Made by a program: the position numbers and the translations under genes. The notes below the pieces were generated by a model, which saw only the letters and a list, made by a program, of their open reading frames with translations, made no database searches and was not told the DNA's origin. Below are positions 12,171 to 25,660 of a DNA stretch of 64,000 nucleotides, piece after piece (the stretch's first letter is position 1; every line of letters starts with the position of its first letter). The DNA lies in the NCBI RefSeq assembly GCF_009914755.1, contig NC_060930.1. One strand, written 5' to 3'. This DNA comes from the human T2T-CHM13v2.0 reference genome, Homo sapiens.

Positions 12171-13304
12171 GATTATTGTGTGCAACAAACATTATACAAT
12201 AAAATGGGAAATGTAAATCAAATATGAAGAAAAATGCTTCTTCTATAAGTAAACTTAAAGCAATAAACTTAGCCTTAGAGACTTAGGTGAACAGATATAT
12301 TGCCTATCATTAAGATAAAAACTGAACAATTCATATTTGGACATATCCTTATACAAATAAATTTTATAATTTGTTGAATTCATTTAACAAATTATGGAAA
12401 GAAAGTTCAGCATGTTTTTCCAATGTAAGCATTCAACTTTTTACATTTTAGTAGAATGGTCTTCAGATTTCTAAACATAAAACATTATCAAATAGGCTAG
12501 CTACAGTTCGTTTAGGATTTGCTCAGACTTATTTTGATAACTATATAAATTGCCCTTTTGCACTATTCCTCTCACCTGGCAGAAAGAAGTAAACCGTTAC
12601 TAAATCTGTATCTTCAGGATAGTAAAAAACAAAACACCATACAATTATTCTACGAGTTTATATTGATGTTTTGTAAAAATGTCTTAGATTTCTAGCAAAT
12701 GATATTCCCCTAGAACCACTGTGGGTATAAAGCTGGATCAACTTAATATCTGTAAAGGAGTTAGTTGACATACAATTTTAGTTCCGCTCATAGATCTTTT
12801 GAAGAGTGTGAACCAACTGTATTCTTTCTTGTATCAAAATTCTAGATTCTTAAGTAAATTAGTTGATTGTAAATTAAAAAATATATATATATAAGTTAGC
12901 AGAGCAGTGTTTCATTTTGAATTGCCTTATAATATAGGATTGAATAAAGTTGTTTAATATATATATTGAATAAAAAATAATTAAGTATTTTTAGGTCTTT
13001 AATAGTTGCCAGTTATAGCTAATCAAAAAGTTGGTGCTTTAAACTTGACTTAAAAACATTTAAAACAAGTAAAGGGTTTCCAGTATGAATAGCATATTCT
13101 GGGATTGGCGGATGAAGCAGGAGGTCATAGAAGATCCTAGGATGTGTGCAAAAAAAGAGACATAAGGAAGCCGTGGTTAACTTTCAACTTTCTGCCTGTT
13201 TTTACTTTTAATGAACAGGAAGCATTCAACACTTATATTTTGATAGTTTCAAAGAAGTAATCAGAGTGAAAAGTTCAGAGGATATTTTATTCCTGACATT
13301 GCGG

Positions 13305-13490
13305 TTGTTGAAAAGAGCTTGGTCTCCATAATTTACATATAAATGAATTTCAATACCAAGTCTGTTAGTTTTTTGTGATCTTGGATAAATCTGAGCCTTA
13401 GATTATTTAACTAAAAGTGGGTAGAGTCATATTTATTTCATATGGTCATTAATTTGGTTTAAAACGTGGTTGAAAGCAACAGCACAGAGT
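13305..13490 (+). mobile_element. MIR SINE fragment
   Basis: gaaaagagcttgg...tgtgatcttggataaat...ctgagcctt...gaaagc...gcacagag. Confidence 0.55.
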
Positions 13491-14929
13491 TTAGAATGGA
13501 GAAAATAATGTTTTAAAAAGCATTAGGTTAATTCATAACACTTGCAGTTTGCTTGATGGCTGTAATGAGTACTGTGATAATTTGGATTCAGGCTCACAAC
13601 TGGCTCATCCTAAAAGAGGCTAGCAATATTCAAAAGGAAAGGAAGTGATTTCAAGAACAATGAAGCGCAGAGATAGAGAAGCCAGTAAACATTAATCTGG
13701 CTTGCTAGAGAGTTCCAAATTGAACTTGGCACCTTCCACTTCTTAGCTTAACATAGTAGCACGAAGAAAATGGGTACGAAGTCCTTATTTTTTTCTATTA
13801 TAACACATATACCGTATTTACATGTATGAATGAAAGAGTCCCATGAATGCACCAAATTGCAGGGTGTTCCAGATATAAAAAAGGCCACAGGTTATGTGCA
13901 ATCTCTTGTCTTCTATATCTTCCTCTTCCATTAAAGAAAGTTTAATAGATGTGTGCATGAGAGAAAGTGGGGTTATTATATGGACTACCTTTATAATACT
14001 CTACGTTTTAAAAAAGTATTAAAATCACCCATTTATACAGTTCAGTAACTTAACTATAATTATTTTACTTGCTCAAACCCACAATGAAATGTGGTGCCAC
14101 AGTTAAGTGCCACTACTAAAAGGATAGAAGGCATATTAAAAGCGTTATATAATTTTAAAATATTAAGCTTGGTATTATTCATTTTATCATTATTGTTTAT
14201 TGCACTTTTATAAATAACAGTCTTTTTATGGTTGATGGAATTATAACTCTGATTTTATTACATCTCACTTACCTGAAGCCATTCAGACTGCTGACCTATA
14301 CTACATAGTGAAAAGACTGGCATCTAGTGTCAACTCCTTTAAATTATAAAATCAATCAGATGCTGCATTTGTTGTATTAGTTGCATTAGTCACTCTGTTT
14401 GTATTGTACTTCTAATATTTGCAGTTGGATTTCTTAATCTGCCACTTCAGATCAAGTTTTAATTCTGGAAAAAATTAAATAAGAAAGCAGTCTTCCATTT
14501 CGGTGCAGTTTATTCATGAACAACGTGGGTCCTGCCACCTCTGACTATGAGCTCTCAGTGGATTTAGATAATAGTGCTTCCCATAGTGACTATCTCGTAG
14601 CTGAAGAAACAGCCAGTAAAGGTCAAGGAGAACAGCTTCACTGGATCTCTTTTATCCCTATCATCAACACTATTACAGTGTGCTGAATCAGTTTCAATTT
14701 TGTCCTTTCTTAAAAGTCACTGACACAGCAAAGAAATTGACGTTTTGACAAGCGTAGCTGACCAGAGCTACCAAACAGAGAAAAAGATACTATTAATATC
14801 ACTTTTATAGAATGAGAAAATCATAGACAGAATTTTAAATTGTTGTCCAGGAGGATTCTGTCAATCAGTTGTTTAACCAATACCATATGTGAACATGAGG
14901 GCCTCCTTTTCGAGTGAATCAGTGCTCAT

Positions 14930-14990
14930 GTATTCAATATTCACTCAACAAATATTTACTGAAGCCCACTGTGGGTCAGACACTCTGCGG
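14930..14990 (-). mobile_element. L2 3'-end fragment
   Basis: ttcactcaacaaatatttactga...tgtgggtcagacact. Confidence 0.55.
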
Positions 14991-17129
14991 GACATTATTT
15001 CCCTCAGCTGTCTTTGAAGTGAGGATAATTTATCAAGTCAAAAGGTATCCAGGCCATTAGGGAAAAAGAAAAAATTCTAGTTTGAATACAAGAAATGAAA
15101 AATGCACTTGATAACTTTAAGCTACACTTTCAATCAATTGCCAGCTTCAGTGCAACAGACATATTCACACCATACTACTTCCTTTAGCATTTTAACATTT
15201 TGCTACTTTCTTTTTCCACATATGTGTGTTCCAGGATATGTTTTTAATGACTTCTCTGCTTTTCAGGGAAAAGTGATAGCTGTGTGCACTTCAGATGTCT
15301 TGCTTCAGGGAAATGATGGCTGGCAACTGCTATTCTTGGAGGTTGCTTCCATTCAGATCCTGTATATTGTAGGTAGGCAGCTGGACTAAGCATAGTTCTT
15401 ACCACAGCAATTTTCAGCAAATTGTTCTGCTAAATAGAAATATATTACTTGAAGGCTGGAAAAGTGATGATAAACCTGACCCTTCAGCTGTGCTTTTAAA
15501 GGTCATTTTGGTTAAATATAGGCAAATTGTGGCACAAAGTACCTTTTACTTGCTGTTTCTCACTTATGTCTCCCCTCATACCTCATTATGCTAATATAAT
15601 GACTTATTTGACAGAGTAGTTTAATCCATAATCTTGGAAATATATAATGGATTTAATTTTCAAGGTTACATTTTCAGAAAACTATTAATGCCCCTTTCAA
15701 AGTCATTGAGACTGAATTATGTTTCAGCAAAATATTAAGTACATTAAAGGTCCCTTTTAGATTCAAGTAAAGCCAACAGGCAATCCAGTTGCAATTATTT
15801 AACTGCTTTGAGCTCTGAATTGTTAAACTTATTATGAATTATCCATGCTAACCATTATCCTGAAAAATTAATCCTCTCTGCCACATTCAAACTTCATCAG
15901 AGACTGTCACCAAAATAACTGCATTTTTTTAACTGTCATAGCTTTTCATTTTTCAGTGTTTATTAGATAATGATTCTTAAATATTTGGAAAATATTTTTA
16001 CCTGAATTAAATAAGATTGTCTCCTGTTAAAAAAGTGGCTTTTCATTTTCAACAGAACACAGGTATCTATATGTACCATGTTCTCCATCAGCATGGATGC
16101 AATCAGAACCACTAAAATTTATGTACATAATATTGAAAAAATCACCAGCACCAGATTGTAGTAATAATGAGTGGGCCTTATAATTAAGTCCTAAAAACTT
16201 TTCAGTCTCTGTGATTCTCATCAATAATCTGGCCAAAAACTCAGAACAGACACATGTCAACTGGGGAAATTATCTGCTAGTGGTACTGAGAAGACAATCT
16301 TAGCGATTCTTAGCTGTCAAAGAACCTACTAGAATCATCAGTGGGCCCACATTCCTCCCAACACAGATATATTGGTTACTACTATTATAGTTATCCTGCT
16401 GCTCATCCTAGGAAATTAAATACTTGAAGTATGTTGAAATATGTAGTTGGCGTGAGTGGGAGTAAATAATATCAGACTTATGTGTGTGTTTGCCAGGACT
16501 ATTTAAGCTCTTGTGGAATTCTTGATACCTTACAAATTTTAGACTCCTTTCATTTAGTACCTTATCCTCTAAAAGGGAAATATAGGCAGTACTAAATGAA
16601 AACATATAGGAAGGTGTATAATAATGCCAAGAGGATAAGGAAATATATACATGGAAATCTCCAAAAGAAATAGGCAGGAAATATGTATAGGTATGAGAGA
16701 AAGTATTTGGAGAACAGAGCAACTTTCAAAATAAAGCAGGTATGCAACATTTTTTAAGAGTAGGACTACTGAAAAGAAAACCACAAAGTGAAGCACAGAA
16801 TCTCAAGGATGGTTGAAGACTGCCATCCTGAAGCAATAAGAGCGTGGGTAAACATAGTAGGATTAAAATAAAGGTTAAAAGAATGATGAGGGTGATGATA
16901 TTCCTTATAAATGATATTCCAAGAAAATGATTTTCCTTGTTTCAGTAAGAACTATACCTCTGCTCACCCAAAACCTTGAGAGAAGGGTTAAAAGTGTTTA
17001 TGAGAGGTAAGAGGTTGTGACATAACTTTTGTAAGGCTGTGTATCATTTATGATCTGTACTTCTAATTCAAAGAGATATTTCTATCATTTCAAAACTTGA
17101 GAAGCTAGGATAATTTTTATCTGCTAATT

Positions 17130-17430
17130 TGATAAGTCCAAGAATTACTAGAATGGCTGGTCCACCATCCTTGGGATGTTGGGCTCCCACACATTTCCAA
17201 GATGATTCATAACCATACCTGCATTTCAGCAAGTGGGAAAAGGGACAACAGAAAGCAAAATGCCATCCTCCCTGTTATGGGAAGGAATGGGAAATTGTAA
17301 ACATCATTTCCACCCACATCTCATTGGCCACAGCTTAGTTACATCATCACTCTTAGATATAATAGAACCTGAGAAATCTGGTATTTATTGTGGATATCTG
17401 TGTACATGACTAAAATCTTATGCTCCTGCA
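17130..17430 (-). mobile_element. MLT1 (MaLR) LTR fragment
   Basis: catcatttccacccacatctcattggccacagcttagttacat...gagaaatctggtatttatt, typical of MLT1J/K. Confidence 0.65.
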
Positions 17431-17609
17431 AGTAAAAAGAGAATTTAAAAACAAAACGAAACAGAGGTTATGCAATTAGAACATGTGGCACAGGCAGCTA
17501 CAACAAAGAAGCGGGTAAAAATAAGATGTCAGGCTAGTCTACAAAAGCAAAGAAGGGGAGCATTCAGAAGGTTATTTATAAATGTAGCAAGCAGGGCAAT
17601 GGAATTACT

Positions 17610-18020
17610 AATTGTAGTTTTTCATGCAAAAACAACCAAAACTAACCCTGGTTATATAGGTAGAAAAGGATTTATTAGAAGGCTTTGTGTAGTTCACAGA
17701 ACCAACAAAAAGGCTGGAAAAAATGGTCAGGAGTTTAAAGAAGGTAGACAGTTTGGTATACACCAGATCATTACTCAGGACCAGTGTAGTTATAAAGTCA
17801 CTACCACAAATACCTTCACTACCGAATACAGGTTGCTAGGCTACCAGACTCTCATCTCTATTGCCACTGCTGTATCAAAAACCTCTTACCACACATTTTT
17901 TTTTGGTATTCCTCCCAGTAGGAACATACAGTCAGCTGAGCATCTAGATACACTGTACATCTGATTGTGTTTACTGACCGGGTAAGAAGAGTCATCAGCC
18001 CCTTTTCAGTTTCTTCAGTG
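17610..18020 (-). mobile_element. Old MLT1 (MaLR) LTR
   Basis: tgcaaaaacaaccaaaactaaccctgg...agaaaaggatttattagaagg...tagttcacagaa is the reverse-complemented MLT1K-N terminus. Confidence 0.6.
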
Positions 18021-20704
18021 TGTTTGCATGTAATTCACCATGTGCATCATACATACACACAAACATTCACATTTTCTGAAAAGCCAGTAAATGGGAATTT
18101 TCCTTCTTTCAGTTTCAATTATTTAATGAAACAGAAATCACAATACCTGCAGCTCTTATGTCAGCAAAAGTTTCTTCATAATTCAGTAGTAAACATTATT
18201 TGGTAATATTATTTTAAAATGTCTACAGAATTACAATAAATACATGATTATGCTTCCCCTAATATTCAATATTTTAAAGCAAATCCAATTTAATAATCCA
18301 CAAATCTCTTAAATGACTCCCAAATCACATTCCTCAATACCAATATGTAAGATGGGGATTTTAAACATATTAAAAACTTTCCTAAAGATTTTCTATTTTT
18401 TCTAAATAATTTTATACTATTAGTTCAAGCAAAATATGAAAAGATATAAACACAAAAATATAAATAACAAAATCATATAAATATTAATTTAAAACTATTT
18501 CAGGTACATCATGAAACAAACACAAAAATAATGACTTAGGCAAATGCTTCCTTCTGGAATTATTCTGTCAAGTCCCCTACAGGGAATGATGACTTATGCT
18601 AGAATGAAGGAAAAAATCAGTGAAGTAGAAAAATGGAGTTCAGCCATTCGGCCAGCTGACAGCATTATGATTAAATTTGACATGCAGTAATCTAGAAATC
18701 AAAACTGCAAACTAGTTAGCACCAAACAAATTTTATAACTTTACAAAGATCAACCTTGAAGACAAGTAAAGTCAAGTTTTGATAAATTGACCATATACAC
18801 TGAAAAGAATAAAAGATGTTTCAACTTAAAAGAAAAAAGGGTTTCTTTCAATAAGAGTTAAGATGTAGGACAAACCTATAACATAACCCACATGTATATT
18901 AGTGTGTTTGTGTGCATTTGCTGTAGATTTTGGCTTAACTAGGAAAACGGAGAAGAAAAATAAGATGAAAATGAGTTTTATGAAATAAAGGAAACACAAG
19001 ACATAAAAGAATAAGAGCTTATTTTATGTTCAGAATGGAAAAAGTTAGTTGTAAACACTTAATAAAAAACAATTAAAATGCATAAAACCTACCTCCCAGT
19101 GAAGTTAAATCCATTTTCCTTAAGAACAAGGGATCAATGAAGAAAGAAATTAAATGAGTCTAAGTTGGAGTGGGAAATTAAGTTACTGAGGTTGGCAAAT
19201 GAGAGTAGGTGATGGATTGGTACTTTCAATACCTTTGGGAAAAAGGATATTGAAACCATATCATTGATCCAGTTTTGTACTTGTGTTATCTAAGACTCTT
19301 TGAAAGAATGTCTAATGAGGTGGAATTAGGTTTGCCAAAATGTTTTATGCCATATATAAACAAATTATTGAAACGCTTGATATTTTTTCTAAAACATTAT
19401 GCTGTTTGACTATTAACTGGAAGAAAATGATCAAAAGGAATGAGAAAGAATTGTTTTTGGACCAGAAATTAAAATTATAAATATTTTAATTTACCTTCAA
19501 CAACCATATGGCACAGAATCTAAAATAGTAAAAATCCAGTAACCATCTTACTTTCTAATTTTGTTGTAAAAATTAAAATAAAGCATCTAAAGCACTGGTC
19601 TTGGCACATAAAAAAAGATCCATAAATATAATAATAATGCAATAACAACAAAACAGCAAGAAATAATAACAGCAACACTAAGAACAGTAATAGAAGCTTG
19701 AAAAATGACAGCTAATATGATATAATGACTGAGAGATGTACAAAATGAGTTTATGCTCTTGCCTCCTTCCTACATATTCCAGAGTTTGTGATTGAGTCAT
19801 TTAAACCCATCAAACCTTAGACATATTATTTCTTAAATGAGAGTAGGGCAGGAGCTAGTCTTGCTGTACCTTGCCTCTTGGCATTGAGACAAGTCTCAGT
19901 TAAAGAAACAGCCACCCACTCTTCATTAATGAAACTTGACTATGTTTATTGTGTTGGCTTCTTTGAGTTACAAGAAATCAAGACTCAGATAGTCAACCTC
20001 AACTAGTGGAATTTTGTTTAGTGATGCATAAGGAAGATAATATTTCATGGGTATCCCAGGACTGAGACATAGTTTGGAAACTATCAGATAAATTGTACTT
20101 AAAATATATCTATCACCAATGCTAGGACTCTATTATCATAAGCTGATGGGACTTGGGATTAGATTTTCTGCACAAAATGTAGCCCACCGTAACTGGGGTA
20201 AGCACATTAGGTGTTAACACATTCATGATATCATGCTGTCATCACCAGCCTCTGCCATGAAGAACAGACCCTTGGAAGGTAGAGGCATTTGATTATTACC
20301 AGCAGATTTAGTTGGGCCCTGACAACTAGGTTTGCAAACCCCTTCTCTCTCAGGGTTAGAACCAAACCTGGTTTCTCTTGTGCAGATAAGAGTACCTGTA
20401 TACTACCAGTAATTCCTTTTAACATTATGATCTGATAGAGAATAAGTTCAAAGTTAGCTAGCCAAATGAGATCATAGTATTATTATCTATTATGCTAGCA
20501 ACCTATAAGCCCAAATTTACTTTCTAAATGTTACATTGAGTTATATTACTTTTTAGGTATTACTAAGAATGAGTCCAAACTGAAGCTTCCTACTGTCATC
20601 AGAATTTAATCTTTGAGTCTATAAATCCAAGAAGCCATATAGTGAGCATTAGGGGATTATGTCTTATATAGTAATGACTAGTACCAATGAATTTCATGTA
20701 GTCC

Positions 20705-21020
20705 AGAACGCCATGTCATCTTATGCTTTATGCCTTCCAGTATTCTCTTTCCTCTGCCTGGAATGCACTCTCCCACCTGTTCACCTGGAAAATTAGTTAT
20801 TCTTCAACACTCAATTCTTAACTAAAGCTCCATCTACATTTTGAAACTTCTCTATTCCTCCAGCAAATACAGTGCTTTATTGCCCAGGCTTATATCACAT
20901 AGATTCACATAATGAATTAAAATGATTTGTCCCTCAGTCATATTCCATGTTGTTGACATAAGGAATCATGTCTTTTAATTTTTCTATACCTCTGAGACAA
21001 CCACAGAGGTATAGAAAACT
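20705..21020 (+). mobile_element. L2 LINE fragment
   Basis: ttcctctgcctggaatgcactctcccacc...ttcttcaacactcaa...aggaatcatgtctt. Confidence 0.65.
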
Positions 21021-23114
21021 TAGCTACAACTAACTCAGATTAGATACTTTGAGATAAAATAGTGCGTATTGCTCATGGTGTTCTGTGAAACTATTTCTAT
21101 TCCTGATCCAGAGGGGAGACTACTGTATGCATGAAAGATCATTCACCTGTGTATAGTTTCATCTAATAACCAACAAGTAAGATTAATATTAGAACAAAAG
21201 GTTTAAAGTTGCATATTTACCATTTTATACCATTAAAATGTAACTTCATTATTAATCCTCTAGTATTTTTGTAAAATCATGTACTAAGATAACTTTATGT
21301 CTTTTGATGAATTGGTGAGAAAATGGAATTGAATAGGTCAATCAGCCAATGGGGATTGAGCACTTGCTTTGTATATGGGATTAGTACATAAAAATTACTG
21401 ATATGATCCACAATTTCCAACTTTTATTGATATTCAGAGCATCAACATTTGAAAGATTAAATAATGTAAGGGATTAATATTAATATAGTCTAAACTGCAA
21501 CGTGAAGAATTGGCAACCAAGGAAAACTGCAAAACTTTAAAAATAAGAGTCTAATGGTCTTTCTGTAGAACAATGTGAGGCATAATTTGGTACTTTTCTT
21601 ATTCTGGTAGACACCTGTATCTTAAAACAGAAAATACTATATTATTTTCCAATAAGTGAGGATTACTGGCTCAAAGGAAGGTATGGATCACTTTGCTAAA
21701 CGAGGACATATTTCCTTTTCTAAATGAATTGAAATTATACAAACTATGCCAAAGGAGATGTGTGTTTGGAGACTGCACATGCTTAACAGAATAACAATCA
21801 ATCAGTTAAGGGAGTAATTTATCTAAAGTACATATTGATGGTACTACCAACAATGGAATCCAACAAGATATCCCAGCCACCCTTGGCCCAGGCACCAGTC
21901 ACTGGAATCTGGATACCACATTCCGCTCTTGGTATATCACTGGCCTTCCAGGTAATTTTAAAGGCAACTCCTTCAGAAAGGTAACTGCATTCAGAAAATC
22001 TAAGTGGATCACAACTGCACAACATATCAGGGGCTTGAATATACCCCGGGAGCAAGGCCCTCTGTGTGGGCCAGGTTGGGGTTACTTGACAGTGACACTG
22101 ATTTTCTATGAGGCTAGAGTAGGTAAATATTCTGGAAATGGACTGATGAAGAAACGTTTGCACAAGAAAGAATATAGGGAAATGAAGATTGGCATGTCCC
22201 ATCAAGAGCAGGGACACCTGCGAGAAACCTCTTGATGAAGGATTAACCTTCAATTGCTTTCCTCTGTAAGCAGGAATTGCTGTCTGAATGAATCTAGGGC
22301 ACAGAAAGGTAAAATTACTTTCCTAACATTGAATGTGGTTTCATATCCTAGTAGCTTGATTAAGATCAGGTCTAAAGACCGCACTAATCTTTTTAACACC
22401 AAGGCTTTCCTCTTCAAATTATAAATTTTCCTTATACATTGTAATTTCTCTTTAAAATTGTACTACTTTTGGCCATGAGGAGATCTTCAACATTTGTTGA
22501 AGAGAATTGCCTGAAGAACTATGTGGTAGGGAAAAGGAACCTTAACCAAAGTTACTTCTCACAAGTACAGAGGTGGCAACAGCTTGGAAAGTACCCAGTA
22601 CTCAGTTGCCAGTAGTGTGCTTTGGAGCAGAAAGGCAGCCTGTGAAATATAGGGAGTAATAAGGAGATGACTTAGTTGCTGAAGAAACACTCTGAGATAC
22701 ACAAACTCAAGACAAATCAAATGCTTCATCCCAGAAGGTGAAAAGTAGCTATTCTTTGAAAGAAGTCCAGATTTCTGGATTAAAAAAAAAATGCACACTA
22801 ACATTTTTCAAATGTAAACCCAACAATTTTTATATTAAACCTTTAATTCCAAAGATATTTTGTTTATTTTGTTTTGTTTTAGAAAGAAATAACCAGGCAG
22901 CCCTAGTGAAGTGGTTGGTAAACTTGTCCTGAAGTATGCACAATAAATATCTCTGTCTCTACCAAATTTAGTCGGTATTCTACGAGGTGATGGCCCATCA
23001 TTTAGCCACTCAGAAATTTTGAAAAGTATTAGCTAGAGCTGAAACATAAAATTCTGGCTTCTGTGAAAATAATAAAAAAAATTAAACAGTCTTATGGATT
23101 TAAAACCTGAATGA

Positions 23115-23540
23115 AGGAGGTGCCCATCATAAGTAGGTGAATAAATAAATTGGGGGATGTTAACATGAGGAAGTATGCCATAATGAAAATGAGCAAACTG
23201 CAACCACATGCAAGAACACAGATGAATCTAACAAACATAATATTGATGGAAAGAAGCCAGACCCAAAGCAGTATATACTATATGGCTGCACTTCTATAAC
23301 AACAAACCAGACAAAATTAATCTATGGTGTTTAGTTAAGATAGTGGCTAACTGTAGACTAGCGTAAATTGTATCTGAAAGAGGACAATGAGAGGGTTTGA
23401 GGAGTAATATTATGTCTTTGATCTGGGTTGTAGTTACATAATTATGCTCAATTTGTAAAAGCCAATTGATTTGTGCACCAGTGATTTTGTGTGTGGGGGG
23501 GTGGGGGTGGGGGTGATGCTTCAATATTTTTTTAAATTCT
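23115..23540 (+). mobile_element. L1ME 3'-end fragment
   Basis: aaaatgagcaaactgcaaccacatgcaa...gatgaatct...gaaagaagccagac...aaattaatctatggtgtt...ttgatctgggttgtagttaca. Confidence 0.8.
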
Positions 23541-24228
23541 GTATAAAATACTGAACCTAGATAAAGTGAGTCTCAATGAATATCTCATTTCAAGCAACTC
23601 CACCAATAAATGAAGGTTTCCTTCTTGGCAAACTTTAAACTGATAATGTAGAGGAAAAAAATAGACTTAGAGAGAGGAAGCGAAATAGATATTGCAACAA
23701 TAAGAAATCTAACTAGCTTTGTGTTTTTAACACAATTAGGTGTAATTATCTGTGCCCTCAGATACAGAGCTTTATTCTCTGTCAGGTAACTGACATTTTA
23801 AAATGCTAAACTTATATGAAATAAAAAAGGTATAGCTAATTTAAAATTCCTATGTTTTTCTTATTTATTAATATAGACTTTCTTGGTAAAAGAATTCAGA
23901 TTCCTTTGAAATTTTTCATTATTTATTCATTTTTAACACCAGAGGAAGTTGGTAATGGTAGTCACACTTTCACTTGGCAGAAACTGAGAAACAGGTACAT
24001 AAAATGAATCCCTAGTGAGCTAGATTTGAAATAACATATTGTATGTTTCTTTTATCTTAATCTGAAAATGTTTCTCCTTATAAGAATATCCACACATTTT
24101 GTGGCATGCCTAGCCCAGAGTATATCTAAGCATAATATTTACTTGGAGACTGCTAATCAAGCATGCATGCTATTGTGGTTTCTTTATCCAATTTGATAGA
24201 TGGACACAGGCAAATTGAAGGGCATCTA

Positions 24229-24308
24229 TGCACTTGAATGCTTGCTTTCCTCCACTTCAGTTGCCCTGCACTTGAATGCTTGCTTTCCTCCACTTCAGTT
24301 GCCCTGCA
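24229..24308. repeat. Perfect 38-bp tandem duplication
   Basis: tgcacttgaatgcttgctttcctccacttcagttgccc at 24229-24266 and 24267-24304, followed by tgca. Confidence 0.98.
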
Positions 24309-24619
24309 ATTGAAAACTTTTCAGTTAATCGCTTTGCTTTGTTTAAAACAGTTCTCTTCTAAAATTACCAAAAGAAAACATTAGCAAGAATTTTAGGAAA
24401 ACCTCTGAACTGGAATTGGAACATTGGATAGAATGAGGCAGCTCAGAGGAGCATTTACCCTAACTTCTTTGGCTACATGGGGTTTCTCAGTGTATTCCTG
24501 TTTTTGGATGCAAACTCTCTGATCTCTTCTAGATATTGATAATTTTCCATTTTCTGCTCATTATCTCCTAGCTTTTTCTTACTTATAGTCTCTGCTCCCT
24601 GCCAAAGAAACCCTGCGAT

Positions 24620-25380
24620 TTTTATATTAAGATTCTTGATTGCGTATAACAAGATCCCACTAAAAACAGCTTAATTTTAAGAGGAAGAGGGATGTTAATG
24701 GTATATACAGGTAAGATCTCAAGGGCAAGAATGCAGCTGGTTTTCAAGAAAAGAACCAGGAGTATTTTGCCTTGAATATTCACCTCTGATTTTCATTGTA
24801 TGTTTTCTTTATTCTCTCTCCCTCTCTGTAGTCCAGATTTCTTTGTTCCCTATTCTGCATGATGAAATATTTCCACCCAGAGTTCATAAGCACAACTTCA
24901 AAGCCAACCAATAAAAAGAAGTTGCCTTTCTCTCAGTTCCAATTCCATCTTAGGAGAAAATATATAATTGCAAATATGATCATAGAAGTAAGACCTTCCA
25001 GTGAAGCACGGCTGGTAGAAACACACTCTTGAGCTGGGGTGGGCAATTCCCGGACAGAGGGCCTGAACAGAAAAGCCAGTAGTTGAAGATCAACATGCAA
25101 TCACTCCAGTGGCTGCAAATCTTTCCCAAGGTGTCCTTAGCTCTGAATCTTTTAGTCTACAACAATTAAATTGGTACTTTCTAGTTCGAATTCCAGAGAG
25201 AGTGGATGCTGTTTCAAACCATTTAATTCGTGCACCCTGCTAGGCAGTGCATCCACTAGCCAGTCTGTGATTTGACAGCCCTGGTGCCAAAGTCTTGAAG
25301 CACAGCACATTATTGCTTAGGTGTCAGAGGATAGATTGGAGTCAGATTTTCCCAGAAGGCATGGTAGACATTCTAAAAAA
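24620..25380 (-). mobile_element. One or two degenerate MLT1 (MaLR) LTR fragments
   Basis: gattcttgattgcgtataacaaga...cagcttaa...ctctcagttccaattcc...gggcaattccc; then ttctagttcgaattccagagagagt. Confidence 0.45.
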
Positions 25381-25464
25381 CTTTGTCTGTCCAGAACCAT
25401 AGCATAGCTCTCAAAGGAATGTCAAAGAGAAATATCACAAATATATTCTTTATATAACAATGTT

Positions 25465-25660
25465 AACGGAGGTCGTGCTAAGGATCATTATGCCTTTGGA
25501 GATGTTCTTTGAAGGGAAAAATAAAATTCTGTGGACAATTATGTTTGGGATAAACTGCAAGGCTAATTCCCCTTCTTGAGACTTATAAAATAATATTAGA
25601 TTATTAAATACTCTGAGAAGAGCCTTCATTTAACCCATTTACTCAAGCTTACTCGTTCTT
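25465..25660. mobile_element. MER103C-like hAT-Charlie relic
   Basis: ttctgtggacaattatgtttgggataaactg...attaaatactctgagaag. Confidence 0.5.

Noticed and set aside
17470-17964. 164-aa plus-strand ORF, the longest non-L1 ORF
   Set aside because: Mostly overlaps a decayed MLT1 LTR; no recognisable domain or splice context
19625-19695. AAY/ARC triplet-like run
   Set aside because: Degenerate low-complexity sequence with no reading-frame context
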